DNA from: an uncultured Bacilli bacterium
GTDB taxonomy: Bacteria > Bacillota_I > Bacilli_A > RF39 > UBA660
DNA: 64,000 nucleotides
NCBI GenBank assembly: GCA_944331895.1
Contig: CALVIX010000001.1
Coordinates: 105,545 to 169,544, forward strand
Reading direction: 5' to 3'
Shown here: positions 49,495 through 59,265 of the stretch, piece after piece
Layout of the letters: each line of letters begins with the position of its first letter
Numbering within the stretch: position 1 is the first letter of the stretch
Notes under the pieces: model-generated
What the model saw: only the letters and a program-made list of their open reading frames with translations
The model's database searches: none
What the model was told of the DNA's origin: nothing
Translations under genes and position numbers: made by a program

Positions 49495-50085
49495 ATGTTA
49501 ATACCAACTGTAATCGAAAAATCAAATAACGGAGAACGCGTATATGATATTTACTCTAGACTTCTCAAAGATCGCATTATCATTCTGAGCGGAGAAATCA
49601 CTGATGAAAGTGCCAATAGTATTGTAGCCCAACTACTATATTTAGATTCCTTAAATCAAGATGACATCAGTTTATACATCAATTCTCCCGGTGGAGCCGT
49701 CACTGCCGGAATGGCCATTTACGATACGATGAATTTTGTAAAAAGCGAGGTGTCTACGATCTGTCTTGGTATGGCAGCCAGTATGGCGGCGTTCCTTCTA
49801 TCTTCCGGCGCAAAGGAAAAACGTTTCTGTCTACCAAACAGTGAAGTAATGATTCATCAACCACTAGGAGGAGCACAAGGTCAAGCAACAGAAATCAAAA
49901 TTGCCGCAGAACACATTTTAAATTTAAAAGACAAACTAAACAAAATCCTATCTAAAAATACAGGGCAAAACATCAAACAAATCGAACAAGATACGGATCG
50001 AGATAACTTTATGAACGCGAAAGAAGCAAAAGAATATGGTATCATCGACCAAATATTAGTATCGGAACACAAAAAAAATAGCTGA
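49495..50085 (+). CDS. clpP: ATP-dependent Clp protease proteolytic subunit
   Basis: The catalytic Ser is in GMAASMAA, His in MIHQPLGG, and Asp in RDNFM. Length is 196 aa. Confidence 0.95.
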   Translation: MLIPTVIEKSNNGERVYDIYSRLLKDRIIILSGEITDESANSIVAQLLYLDSLNQDDISLYINSPGGAVTAGMAIYDTMNFVKSEVSTICLGMAASMAAFLLSSGAKEKRFCLPNSEVMIHQPLGGAQGQATEIKIAAEHILNLKDKLNKILSKNTGQNIKQIEQDTDRDNFMNAKEAKEYGIIDQILVSEHKKNS

Positions 50086-50100
50086 GCTATTTTTCTTTTT
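50077..50100 (+). terminator. clpP terminator
   Basis: AATAGCT-G-AGCTATT is an inverted repeat followed by TTTTCTTTTT. It overlaps the clpP stop. Confidence 0.5.
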
Positions 50101-50185
50101 GAACTTCTTTTACCTCTTTAAAATACGAAATTCCTTGCTCGTATTCCTTCTTAAGTTTTTCTTTCATTTTGGATTTTTTCTTCAT
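50087..50185 (-). CDS. Candidate small ORF (32 aa, Lys-rich): MKKKSKMKEKLKKEYEQGISYFKEVKEVQKEK
   Basis: The ATG at 50185 is preceded by AATAATGGTGATAAA, which contains the RBS GGTGA. It is below the ORF-track size cutoff, and coding status is unproven. Confidence 0.25.
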   Translation of the reverse strand: MKKKSKMKEKLKKEYEQGISYFKEVKEVQKEK

Positions 50186-50222
50186 TTTATCACCATTATT
50201 AGTATGTGATAATTTTCAAAAA

Positions 50223-51041
50223 TTATAGGAAAAATTCTTTTATCACCATGATATCACCTTGATGATAAAAATAGATGTAGGCAAATAACCCTAAAATAAA
50301 TAACAAACATCCCCAAAAGACATATTTAAAACTTGTTCCACCCTTGATCTCAATATTACTCATAAACTTATCAGCGCTCATCTTGCGATGGAATAATTGA
50401 TAGAAAAATAAATACATTTTTACAAAAAAGGTATAAATCTTATTACCAAAAAACAAATTTAAAATCATAAACAAAATCGTCACTACGAGAATTGGTAATG
50501 TTGGTAAAAATAAGTTAACTGCATAACATACACCAAAATATAATGCAAGATATAGTACACATGCAAAAATTTGCTTTCTATATAAATACCAAAAAGGCCC
50601 GAATAAAAATGCCGGAATATTGATAGATAGAGATAATAATTTTTCTCCACGATCTCCCATGTAAAGATCGGCAAGTTCATCATTGATCTTGACATCTTTT
50701 GCCACGATCAACCCTTCTTTATTTTGTGCTTTCTTTTTTAAAAAACTTTTTTTATCCATTTCCGGGCGATTCAAATTTCCCGTACTAAAGGCATCCCTTT
50801 GTTCATAGCTATTTTGAGGTGTCGTTTTCGGCTTGTCAGCTTCTACCACTCGCACTGTTGTTTCCTCTTCTTTTGGTTGGTTTTCCGCTACAATCTTTTG
50901 TGGTACCTTAGCGTATCCTTTAAACTTTAATCGCCCACGACGATCACGTCCCAACATCAACCCACAGTGAATACACATCATTCCTCTCGGATCAATGGGT
51001 GTCCCACACTTCGGACATTTCAATTTCGTCTCCATAAACAA
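50223..51041 (-). CDS. Zinc-ribbon plus multi-TM protein (DUF2628-like)
   Basis: The zinc ribbon is LKCPKCGTPIDPRGMMCIHCG. A PAFLFGPFWYLYRKQ motif and 3-4 TMs follow. It is a paralog of the next gene. Confidence 0.55.
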   Translation of the reverse strand: MFMETKLKCPKCGTPIDPRGMMCIHCGLMLGRDRRGRLKFKGYAKVPQKIVAENQPKEEETTVRVVEADKPKTTPQNSYEQRDAFSTGNLNRPEMDKKSFLKKKAQNKEGLIVAKDVKINDELADLYMGDRGEKLLSLSINIPAFLFGPFWYLYRKQIFACVLYLALYFGVCYAVNLFLPTLPILVVTILFMILNLFFGNKIYTFFVKMYLFFYQLFHRKMSADKFMSNIEIKGGTSFKYVFWGCLLFILGLFAYIYFYHQGDIMVIKEFFL

Positions 51042-51106
51042 CCTCCTTTAGTTTCAATACCATTTTATCATAAAACAACTAACTTACAATAAAAATTGCG
51101 ATTATG

Positions 51107-51778
51107 TTAGAACATTCTAAAATAAAGCATACCTATTACGAGTAATAATATCGAAAGCAGTATGCCAATAACAACGTAAATGCCACCTGTTTTACAAACA
51201 CGATCAACTCGAACCATAAATAAACCAATATCTTCTTTTGCATATATCTTTTTCATAAAAGAAAATCTCCATTTCATCAATCTCTTTTTAATCGTATAAG
51301 ACGTAAAGAAATTAAAAAACGAAAATAATAGAAAATGCGGCAAATGTAAAAATAAAAAGCTTGTAAAAGGAAGAAAAACTGATAAATTTGTGGCAAGCAT
51401 TTTCCAAAAAACTGGACATGGAAGATATATCATGATGAGCATCAATAAAATAAAATCCAACAACCCCGCAATAAATTCATTTTGATACCAATACCATAGT
51501 GGTCCAAAAAAGAATGAAGGCAAACTAAAACTTTTATGTATATCTGTCTCTTTTCTAGATTGTTCAAAATATTTCATTAAATCATCTAATGAAATGTCTT
51601 TTGCTTTTAAATAACTTCCACTCATATCCAGCGTCGTAAAGTCAAGCGGTGGAATCTTAACAACTTCTTTTTGTTCTACCTCTATCATTTCACCATCTAC
51701 TAGGCGAAATATCTTCCCACAATGAACACACATCATGGATTTTTCGTTCAATTTAGAATGGCAATTCGGACATCTCAT
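51107..51778 (-). CDS. Zinc-ribbon plus multi-TM protein (DUF2628-like), paralog
   Basis: The zinc ribbon is MRCPNCHSKLNEKSMMCVHCG. A PSFFFGPLWYWYQ motif and TMs follow. Confidence 0.55.
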   Translation of the reverse strand: MRCPNCHSKLNEKSMMCVHCGKIFRLVDGEMIEVEQKEVVKIPPLDFTTLDMSGSYLKAKDISLDDLMKYFEQSRKETDIHKSFSLPSFFFGPLWYWYQNEFIAGLLDFILLMLIMIYLPCPVFWKMLATNLSVFLPFTSFLFLHLPHFLLFSFFNFFTSYTIKKRLMKWRFSFMKKIYAKEDIGLFMVRVDRVCKTGGIYVVIGILLSILLLVIGMLYFRMF

Positions 51779-51817
51779 ACTATCACCTAGTTTTATTGTA
51801 TCAAACTTTGACGAAAA

Positions 51818-51839
51818 AAGACAGCATTGAAACTGTCTT
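51818..51839 (-). terminator. Terminator after the SASP gene
   Basis: AAGACAG-loop-CTGTCTT is followed by TTTTTCG on the minus strand. Confidence 0.65.
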
Positions 51840-51858
51840 TCATTAAACGATATGTTAA

Positions 51859-52071
51859 TTATTTAGATTGGTAGTTAGATGCGCTTCCGATGTGTTGTTC
51901 ACCCATTTTCACTAATCTCTTAGTAATTTCTCCACCTACTGATCCGTTTGCACGGCTTGTAGCATCTGGACCTAAGTTAACACCAAACTCGTTAGCAATT
52001 TCGTATTTCATTTGTTCGATAGCTTGTTTAGCACCAGGTACAACAAATTTATTTGTACTTTTGTTGTTCAT
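51859..52071 (-). CDS. Alpha/beta-type small acid-soluble spore protein
   Basis: It is 70 aa. Both conserved alpha/beta-type SASP blocks are present: [13 protein letters not shown] and [12 protein letters not shown]. The ATG is at 52071 with RBS GGAGGTG. Confidence 0.85.
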   Translation of the reverse strand: MNNKSTNKFVVPGAKQAIEQMKYEIANEFGVNLGPDATSRANGSVGGEITKRLVKMGEQHIGSASNYQSK

Positions 52072-52094
52072 AAGTTTCACCTCCTGTACACTAA

Positions 52095-52123
52095 TAGAAT
52101 GTGTACATTCGGAATTTTCATAC
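52095..52123 (-). promoter_or_regulatory. Forespore sigma (sigma-G/F type) promoter of the SASP gene
   Basis: On the minus strand: GTATG (fits GHATR), 17-nt spacer, CATTCTA (fits CATNNTA), about 20 nt upstream of the RBS. Confidence 0.45.
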
Positions 52124-52148
52124 AATTTTTGAACTACCAATTTTTGGC

Positions 52149-53333
52149 TTATAACAAATCAGCGATCTCTGTTTCTTCCCGATCAAATGAAGAAATCGTC
52201 TCAATCTTTTCGACACACTCGTCGATCAGTGATTCATAATCAAATTCAGCTTCCGCTTGAATACATTTCTCTAATTCCGGATGAATCACTGGATGTTTTG
52301 GTAAAAAGATCGTACAGCAGTCTTCATATGGTAAAATACTTGTCTCGTAAGTACCAATTTTATTTGCAAGTTCGATAATTTCCAATTTATCTAAACACGC
52401 AACTGGGCGAATTACTGGCATGTTCGTAACAGCATTGATTACGACCATGCTCTCTAATGTCTGACTTGCCACCTGGCCAATGCTTTCACCATTCACAATA
52501 ATTTTACAATTACGCTTACGTGCTACTTTCTCCGCAATTCGATACATCATTCTACGCATGATGGTAATCATATAAGTAGGAGGACAATTTTTGTAAATTG
52601 CCTCTTGTAATTTTGTAAATGGAACGATATGTACCTTTATATGTCCAGAGTATTCGTTGATAATAGAAGCTAATTTTAAAACCTTATTTTTCGCTTCTTC
52701 ACTTGTATGTGGCGGAGATTCAAAATACAAGCACTCCAAATCAACTCCACGTTTCAATGTTAAATAACCAGCAACTGGGGAATCGATTCCGCCACTTAGC
52801 ATAAGTAATCCTTTTCCTTGAATTCCAACTGGGTATCCACCTGCACCAACAACTTCATTCGTATATAGAAACGTTCCTTCTGGGCGGATCTCTACGTGCA
52901 CCACAAAATCAGGTTCATGAACATCAACTTTTAAATCCGTGTTCTTTAAAATAATCCCCCCAATTTTACGACTATATTCCATACTAGGAATTGGAAAACG
53001 TTTATCTGCTCTTTTCGTCTCTACTTTAAACGTATGTCCAAGAGTCTCTTTTACAAGTTGTAAAACTGCTTCCTCTATTTTTTCCTCTTTTGTCTCTACC
53101 TTGTAACAAATCACAATGCCATGAAGCCCGAAAACCTTCTGAAGGATTTCACATACATGATTCATATCTTCTTTCTTAGTATAAATATACATACGAACTC
53201 TATCTTTTTCTATTCGAACATCAAAAGAACGTAACATAAATTCGATATTACGCGTCAATGTAGAAATAAAAAAATTACGATTCCCTTTTTTAGTCGTCAA
53301 CTCTCCATACTTAATTAAAATTACTTTTTCCAT
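52149..53333 (-). CDS. thiI: tRNA 4-thiouridine(8) synthase ThiI
   Basis: The N-terminal THUMP domain is followed by the PP-loop SGGIDSPVA. Length is 394 aa. Confidence 0.9.
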   Translation of the reverse strand: MEKVILIKYGELTTKKGNRNFFISTLTRNIEFMLRSFDVRIEKDRVRMYIYTKKEDMNHVCEILQKVFGLHGIVICYKVETKEEKIEEAVLQLVKETLGHTFKVETKRADKRFPIPSMEYSRKIGGIILKNTDLKVDVHEPDFVVHVEIRPEGTFLYTNEVVGAGGYPVGIQGKGLLMLSGGIDSPVAGYLTLKRGVDLECLYFESPPHTSEEAKNKVLKLASIINEYSGHIKVHIVPFTKLQEAIYKNCPPTYMITIMRRMMYRIAEKVARKRNCKIIVNGESIGQVASQTLESMVVINAVTNMPVIRPVACLDKLEIIELANKIGTYETSILPYEDCCTIFLPKHPVIHPELEKCIQAEAEFDYESLIDECVEKIETISSFDREETEIADLL

Positions 53334-53372
53334 AGAATTCCCTCGTTTCTATGCCATTATATCATGAAATCT

Positions 53373-53504
53373 ATTACTTTTCTATTTCTTTCAAAACCTT
53401 TGTAATAAATTCTTGATGCTTTGCAATTTCTTCTAATTGTCTATCTAACTCTTCTACTGAAGTTACACGTGGAAACATTTGTTTTATTTTTGAAATATCT
53501 TTCA
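53373..53504 (-). CDS. Candidate small ORF (43 aa): MKDISKIKQMFPRVTSVEELDRQLEEIAKHQEFITKVLKEIEK
   Basis: The ATG at 53504 is preceded by AAATGGTGATAAT, the same RBS context as the 50185 small ORF. It lies between ezrA and thiI and is below the ORF-track cutoff. Confidence 0.25.
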
Positions 53505-53553
53505 TATTATCACCATTTATAGTATTTCCACAAAAAGAAAAAGTAATGCAACA

Positions 53554-55272
53554 TTACTTTTCATCGGCATAAAAATGAAGTAGTTTATCATAAATTCCAG
53601 GTTCGATTCGATTCAATGCGTTAATACTTAACTCTAAAGACTTTTGATATTCTCCTTTATAGAATAGAACCTCTGAATACGTTAAGTTTTTATCTAAATC
53701 TTCTACTGAAGTACGATATCTATTTCCGTATACGATTGCCATCTCTGCAAACATTGCTGTTTTCATCATTTCTTTGGTGCTACTAAATAATTTTAGAGCT
53801 AAATCTCGTGCAGTATCGACCCGTGTATTCAATACACTAATCGTAATTGGCTTTTTTTCCAATTCTTTTACGATCTCTTTAATTGCATCCTGCGCTTCTG
53901 ATAGCTCTATAAAATAAGATTTTGGAATGTGCGGCAAGTTGTAATCTCTCAATTTTGCTTTTGACTCTTTCAAAATCAATTTAATTTCATCCAACTGCTG
54001 ACGTGCACGAATTTCATCTTCTTTCATACTTCCGATAGAATCTAAGGTACTATCCAAGCGATCTTGAATTTCCGTTAAACGAACCACCAATGCTTCTATT
54101 TCCTTCGTAAGTTTAGAATACGCAAACGTATTATTCCCTGTATGATCAGTTAATTCTTTATAATCTGTATTTAGCGTATCTAAATCAACACGTACGGAAT
54201 TTAACAATTCAATATCTTCTAAAGACAAACTATAGGCGTTTTTAATTTCATCCATTTGAGAAAAGATATCAGAAATCAAAGCATTTAACTTATCTAACTT
54301 CGATTTAAATGCACGGTTTGTCTCCTCGTATAAATGTCGCACATTCTTTTCCTTCTCAAAATCTCCATAGAGAGAATCAAAATAATCAACCAACACTTTT
54401 AACTCGAATAAACTGTCCTCTAAGTTTAATACTTTTGCTCGGTCTAAAATATCACTAATTTTCTTATTTGCTTCTTCTACATTATATTCCACGTTCAAAT
54501 AATCAAGTGGATATCCATCTTTTACCATAGTATCGTAAATTTTAGTTGTGTCGGAAATTTTCTTAGGTAAAATATCGATTGCCATCAATACGATACTAGG
54601 AACCTCTTCTACGACAATCTCCATATGCTTTAACATCTCATCGATTGCCTGAATAATTTTTGTCACCTCTGTATAATCATTACTTTCCATGACTCGTTCA
54701 AAATCTTCAAAACGTTTTGCGATATTTTCAAACTGTAACGATATAGAGTCGGCAATGATCCCGTATTCATCCTTCGTCGATGTGAATTTTTGGAACAATT
54801 CACGATATTTTGTTTTTAGCTTTGTAATAATCGCACGATTTCGCTCTTCACTCGTCGTAATTTCTTTAATTTCACCTAACAGATGTTCTGCATTTGCTCT
54901 TACTTTATATATTTCCATCTCTAATTTTGCTACTTTATACATCGTTGTTTTATAGTCCATCTGTGATAAAGAGTAATCCGCTTCTAATAACATATCTGTA
55001 ATCTTAGGAATTTGTTCCCCTTTGATAATATCTAAACGATCTTTCCATTCATGATACATTTGCTCTAGCTTATCATTTTTTAAAAATGATTCTATCTTAG
55101 ATAGCTCCGGCATGATTGGTGTCGAATCGATAACGTTTTTTTCTACTTCCAAATGATTTAAAATATTTTTAATTTTTTTATTCTTATGACTTTGTAACAC
55201 GTTTAATACAAGTACTATAAGTATGATTGCTGAAAGATAAATTGTAATGATCAATAAAAAGACGCTATTCAT
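53554..55272 (-). CDS. ezrA: Septation ring formation regulator EzrA
   Basis: An N-terminal TM (VFLLIITIYLSAIILIVLVL) is followed by about 540 aa of coiled-coil/spectrin-like repeats. The length and topology match EzrA. Confidence 0.75.
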   Translation of the reverse strand: MNSVFLLIITIYLSAIILIVLVLNVLQSHKNKKIKNILNHLEVEKNVIDSTPIMPELSKIESFLKNDKLEQMYHEWKDRLDIIKGEQIPKITDMLLEADYSLSQMDYKTTMYKVAKLEMEIYKVRANAEHLLGEIKEITTSEERNRAIITKLKTKYRELFQKFTSTKDEYGIIADSISLQFENIAKRFEDFERVMESNDYTEVTKIIQAIDEMLKHMEIVVEEVPSIVLMAIDILPKKISDTTKIYDTMVKDGYPLDYLNVEYNVEEANKKISDILDRAKVLNLEDSLFELKVLVDYFDSLYGDFEKEKNVRHLYEETNRAFKSKLDKLNALISDIFSQMDEIKNAYSLSLEDIELLNSVRVDLDTLNTDYKELTDHTGNNTFAYSKLTKEIEALVVRLTEIQDRLDSTLDSIGSMKEDEIRARQQLDEIKLILKESKAKLRDYNLPHIPKSYFIELSEAQDAIKEIVKELEKKPITISVLNTRVDTARDLALKLFSSTKEMMKTAMFAEMAIVYGNRYRTSVEDLDKNLTYSEVLFYKGEYQKSLELSINALNRIEPGIYDKLLHFYADEK

Positions 55273-55369
55273 ACTTTCACCTCGCTATTATAATTCTACC
55301 ACATCTTCGACTTTTTTTGCACCTTTTTGTAAACTTTTTGTCACATTTTGTGATTTGCTACATTTCGTT

Positions 55370-55569
55370 CTTGACTTACTATATAATTCATACTATAATA
55401 TTGAATGCGAATGCATCTAAGCAGCACGCTTTGAATAAGATAACGTGTTTGATCCCTACATTAGGTTTACTAGTAACTTTAGCTGCAAAGCGAAGATATT
55501 AAGACAAACACCCTATCATATGACAAAGTGTCCTCGGATGATTTGCTAGAAATGATTGGAGGAAAGAAA
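55370..55569 (+). promoter_or_regulatory. rpsD promoter and long 5' leader (candidate S4 autoregulatory leader)
   Basis: TTGACT, a 17-bp spacer, then TATAAT lie at about 55370..55398. An untranslated leader of about 170 nt precedes the GGAGG RBS. Firmicute rpsD leaders are known S4-binding autoregulatory structures. Confidence 0.45.
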
Positions 55570-56172
55570 ATGTCAAAGTACACAGGACCAGAATACAGAA
55601 GAGCACGCCGTTTAGGATTTTCTACTTCTGAAACTGGAAAAGAATTAGCAAAAAGACCTTATGCACCAGGTCAACACGGACAATCAAGAAAGAAAAAATT
55701 GTCTAACTATGGAGAACAACTTCAAGAAAAACAAAAACTTAGATTCATGTATGGTTTAAGTGAAAAACAATTCAAAAAAACATTCAATGAAGCTGGTAAA
55801 ATGAAGGGAGTTCACGGTGAAGATTTCTTCAAATTACTAGAAAGCAGACTAGATAACTTAGTATATCGTATCGGATTTGCTACGACAAGAAATGGTGCAA
55901 GACAATTAGTAAACCATGGACACGTAACAGTAAATGGAAAGAAAGTAGATATTCCATCTTACAGATGTAAACCTGGAGATGTGATTGGATTAAAAGAAAA
56001 ATCTAAAGAACATCCAGCTGTAAAAGCAGCACTAGAAGCTACTAATAAACGTGTTGAATTCATTACTTACGATGAAAGTAAAATGGAAGGTACTTTTGTA
56101 AGACTACCTGAAAGAAGCGAATTGAACCAAGAAATCGATGAAGCTTTAATTGTTGAATTCTACAACAGATAA
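55570..56172 (+). CDS. rpsD: 30S ribosomal protein S4
   Basis: [16 protein letters not shown] is the N-terminus. The S4 RNA-binding domain is present. Length is 200 aa. Confidence 0.95.
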   Translation: MSKYTGPEYRRARRLGFSTSETGKELAKRPYAPGQHGQSRKKKLSNYGEQLQEKQKLRFMYGLSEKQFKKTFNEAGKMKGVHGEDFFKLLESRLDNLVYRIGFATTRNGARQLVNHGHVTVNGKKVDIPSYRCKPGDVIGLKEKSKEHPAVKAALEATNKRVEFITYDESKMEGTFVRLPERSELNQEIDEALIVEFYNR

Positions 56173-56175
56173 TAA

Positions 56176-56200
56176 AAAAGTTCAGCAATGAACTTTTTTT
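56176..56200 (+). terminator. rpsD rho-independent terminator
   Basis: AAGTTCA-GCAA-TGAACTT is followed by TTTTTTTC. Confidence 0.7.
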
Positions 56201-56222
56201 CATATTAAGGGGGGGAGATAAA

Positions 56223-57107
56223 ATGGCAAAGTATTATCAAGGGCAAATAGAAATTAAGAAATTTAAAAATTTCCAATGGAATAATAAAATTATTAGTTTG
56301 GAAGAATTTCCTTATATTAAAGAAGCATATCGAGCACAATGGCACTATGAAGAAGGAGAAAAAAATTGGTATTTTTTGAAAGGGTTTGATGACATGCAAC
56401 GACTTATTGCCGAACTCATCGGATCAGAGCTTGCCCTCTTTCTAAACATTCCCACTGTAACCTACCAGGTAATTCCAGATCCAATTATCCCCAAAAAAAG
56501 ATTAGTGCTTGCTTCAAAAAATAAAATGAAGCCCCACGAACGATATTACACCCTCGAAGATTTGAACATCATTCATATGGATTATTTTCACGCAATCAAA
56601 AAATTTTCCTGCTATGAAGATTTTATAGCAGCGATTGCTCCTATGTTTCATTCGAAAGAAGCAATGGTCAAATTTCAAAAACAAATTGCAGCTATGATCG
56701 CCATCGATGTCTTTACAGTACAGTTAGACCATGACTTTGATGGGAACAGTTACTACGAAAAGCAAAACGATTTAACTCTTTCTTTTCTACTAGACTACGA
56801 ACTTTCTCTAGGAGGATTAGAAAGGTTTGATGCAACGCAAGATCATACTCATCAAACGCCATTTTTTAGTCAACAATTTTTAGACTCCGAGCTTCCTATC
56901 TTTGAAGAAAGCTTCCCATATTTAAAAGAATCTCTCGATCAACTAATGAAAATACCATTTGATGCTTTTCTAGAGCATATCGAAAAAAAACATAATATAC
57001 AGTTTGCAAGTCCAATTAAAAACTATACATTAAGATTATTAAACAAACGCCAAAATACGCTTGCCAACTTTCGACAGGCAGAAACAGTAAAACAAAACAA
57101 CATCTAA
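56223..57107 (+). CDS. Hypothetical cytoplasmic protein (294 aa)
   Basis: A strong RBS AAGGGGGGGAG precedes it. There is no TM. The internal segment IAIDVFTVQLDHDFDGNSYY weakly resembles a kinase/HipA-like catalytic loop, but I cannot assign a family. Confidence 0.5.
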   Translation: MAKYYQGQIEIKKFKNFQWNNKIISLEEFPYIKEAYRAQWHYEEGEKNWYFLKGFDDMQRLIAELIGSELALFLNIPTVTYQVIPDPIIPKKRLVLASKNKMKPHERYYTLEDLNIIHMDYFHAIKKFSCYEDFIAAIAPMFHSKEAMVKFQKQIAAMIAIDVFTVQLDHDFDGNSYYEKQNDLTLSFLLDYELSLGGLERFDATQDHTHQTPFFSQQFLDSELPIFEESFPYLKESLDQLMKIPFDAFLEHIEKKHNIQFASPIKNYTLRLLNKRQNTLANFRQAETVKQNNI

Positions 57108-57125
57108 CTGATGTTGTTTTTTTAA
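57097..57125. terminator. Bidirectional terminator between the 294-aa gene (+) and tyrS (-)
   Basis: A 9-bp stem AACAACATC/GATGTTGTT has loop TAACT, with a T-run on one side and an A-run on the other. Confidence 0.7.
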
Positions 57126-58354
57126 AAGCGGCCTAGATGATATTTCTTCTTTCCACGACGTACAATAATGAATTTATCATCGATTGCGTGACTTTTTGTA
57201 ATCGTCAAATTCAAATCGTCTATCTTTTCTCCGTTGATAGAAATAGAACGATTTGTTACGAATTCCCTCGCTTCACGCTTTGAACTTGCCATTCCATAAT
57301 GTACGAGAAAATCAACAATATTCTCCTCTTCTTTATCGATCGTAAAATTAGGTACCGATTTAAATCCATCTTCTATTTCAGACCCAGATAATGCACCAAC
57401 ATTCCCGCTAAATAAAGCTTCGCTAATACGTACTGCTTTATCAGCTTCTTCTTTCCCGTGTAAATCTTTGATAAATTCATATGCTAGCGTCTTTTGTGCG
57501 ATACGTTTTTCCGGTACTTCTTCATGTTTTCTCATAACCTCCATAATTTCTTCAGGGCTTAAGAAAGTGAAAATTTTTAAATAGCTCTCAACCATTTTGT
57601 CATCGCTATTGATTAGGTATTGATATAATTCGTATCCAGATGTCTTATGAATATCCAACCATAACGCATTTCCTTCTGATTTTCCAAACTTATTTCCATT
57701 CGCATCTAGTACAAGGGGCATTGTAAATGCGTATGCATCTTTTCCTGTCTTTTTCTTGATCAGTTCGAGACCTGTCGTAATATTTCCCCATTGATCTGAT
57801 CCTTCTGCTTGCATAATACAATTTTTCGTTTCAAACAAATGTAAAAAATCATATCCTTGAATCAATGTATAACTAAATTCAGCAAATGTAATTCCTGTTT
57901 CCAATCTGCGTGAAATAATATCTTTAGAAAGCATATAATTAACGTTAATATACTTTCCTACATCTCTTAAGAAAGTAATAAAATCAAACTTTTTAATCCA
58001 ATCGTAGTTGTTGACTACTTCTGCGCGACCTTCAAAAATACGGTCAATTTGAGCACGAATACCTTCCAAATTTTTTTGTACTTCCTCGACTGAAATAACT
58101 TCTCTTTCTGCTGTAGGACGAGGATCACCAATTAACCCTGTTGCTCCACCGACTAGTAAAATAGGGTGATGCCCTGCATTTGCCAGTCTCTTAGCCGTAA
58201 TCAAAGAGGAATAATGACCTATATGTAAACTATCCGCCGTTGGATCTGTTCCCCAGTAAAAAGTAATCTTCTCTTCGTTTAACTTCTTCTCAATGTCATC
58301 ACCAGCGACATCCTTGATCAATCCTCTCCACTTTAATTCATCATATAATTTCAT
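57122..58354 (-). CDS. tyrS: Tyrosyl-tRNA synthetase
   Basis: The HIGH motif is in DPTADSLHIGHY and the KMSKS-like motif is KFGKS. A C-terminal S4-like domain is present. Length is 410 aa. Confidence 0.95.
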   Translation of the reverse strand: MKLYDELKWRGLIKDVAGDDIEKKLNEEKITFYWGTDPTADSLHIGHYSSLITAKRLANAGHHPILLVGGATGLIGDPRPTAEREVISVEEVQKNLEGIRAQIDRIFEGRAEVVNNYDWIKKFDFITFLRDVGKYINVNYMLSKDIISRRLETGITFAEFSYTLIQGYDFLHLFETKNCIMQAEGSDQWGNITTGLELIKKKTGKDAYAFTMPLVLDANGNKFGKSEGNALWLDIHKTSGYELYQYLINSDDKMVESYLKIFTFLSPEEIMEVMRKHEEVPEKRIAQKTLAYEFIKDLHGKEEADKAVRISEALFSGNVGALSGSEIEDGFKSVPNFTIDKEEENIVDFLVHYGMASSKREAREFVTNRSISINGEKIDDLNLTITKSHAIDDKFIIVRRGKKKYHLGRF

Positions 58355-59003
58355 TTTCTGCTTCTCCTTTCATAATCTCTACCCCATGACTTGTACCAAT
58401 TCGAGTCGCACCATGTTCGATCATTAAAACCGCATCTTCGTAAGTTGCTATTCCTCCGCTTGCCTTTACCTCTAAAACCTCATTTTTCTCCTCGTTAATA
58501 ATATCCAAATCTTGTGGCAACACACCTCTCGTACCAAATCCTGTACAAGTTTTCACAAAGTGAATAAAACACAAATTACACAATTTTGTCGCTTCTCGAA
58601 TCTCTTCATCTGATAATACACTTGTCTCGATAATAACCTTTAAAATATGCCCACCACAAGCATCTCTCACTTGATTTAATTCTTCGATAATATAATCATA
58701 GCTCTTTTCTTTCAATGCTCCTATATTCATAACCATATCAATTTCATCTGCACCCATCTCGATTGCTTTTTTCGCTTCAAACACTTTTGTATCAGTAAGT
58801 TGATTCCCGTGTGGAAAACCAACGACAGTACAAACAGCGACGCTGCAATCTTTTAAAGCCTGTTTTGCGACTGCTACATAACAAGGTGGAACACAGACGC
58901 TTGCAAAATGATATTCCTGTGCTTCTTTGCATAACTTCTCCACTTGTTTTGTCGTTACTGTAAATCCTAACTTCGTATGATCGATATAACTTCCTAATTC
59001 CAT
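58341..59003 (-). CDS. deoC: Deoxyribose-phosphate aldolase
   Basis: The class I aldolase pattern is SYIDHTKL...VCTVVGFPHG...LKVIIET, containing the Schiff-base Lys. The RBS is AGAGGGAG. It overlaps the tyrS start by 14 nt. Confidence 0.9.
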   Translation of the reverse strand: MELGSYIDHTKLGFTVTTKQVEKLCKEAQEYHFASVCVPPCYVAVAKQALKDCSVAVCTVVGFPHGNQLTDTKVFEAKKAIEMGADEIDMVMNIGALKEKSYDYIIEELNQVRDACGGHILKVIIETSVLSDEEIREATKLCNLCFIHFVKTCTGFGTRGVLPQDLDIINEEKNEVLEVKASGGIATYEDAVLMIEHGATRIGTSHGVEIMKGEAENEII

Positions 59004-59022
59004 AAGTCTCCCTCTTTCTAAA

Positions 59023-59260
59023 TAAAAAAGTTACCTATGATGTAAGGACGATTGCTCGCGGTACCACCTTACTTCATAAATAACTTTATGCTCTCTTTCC
59101 TTAACGCGAAAACACGATTTCACTCCAAATTGGTAATTCACTTTCTAGTCTTGGCAAGTTTTCATCGACCACTTACTTTCTCGTTTCCGACCAAATCGCT
59201 ACTAATATTCTTCGCTGTGAAATGATAATTCTATTATAACATACTCCATTAAGTTGTCAA
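59023..59260 (-). promoter_or_regulatory. T-box riboswitch leader with a consensus promoter, upstream of deoC-tyrS
   Basis: The minus-strand promoter is TTGACA (59255..59260), 16-bp spacer, TATAAT (59233..59238). The T-box motif AAGGTGGTACCGCGAG is at plus-strand 59053..59070. It sits in the loop of an 18-bp terminator helix, GTTATTTATGAAGTAAGG / CCTTACATCATAGGTAAC, followed by UUUUUU. A UAC (Tyr) triplet is present in the stem-I region. Confidence 0.7.
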
Positions 59261-59265
59261 TATCA

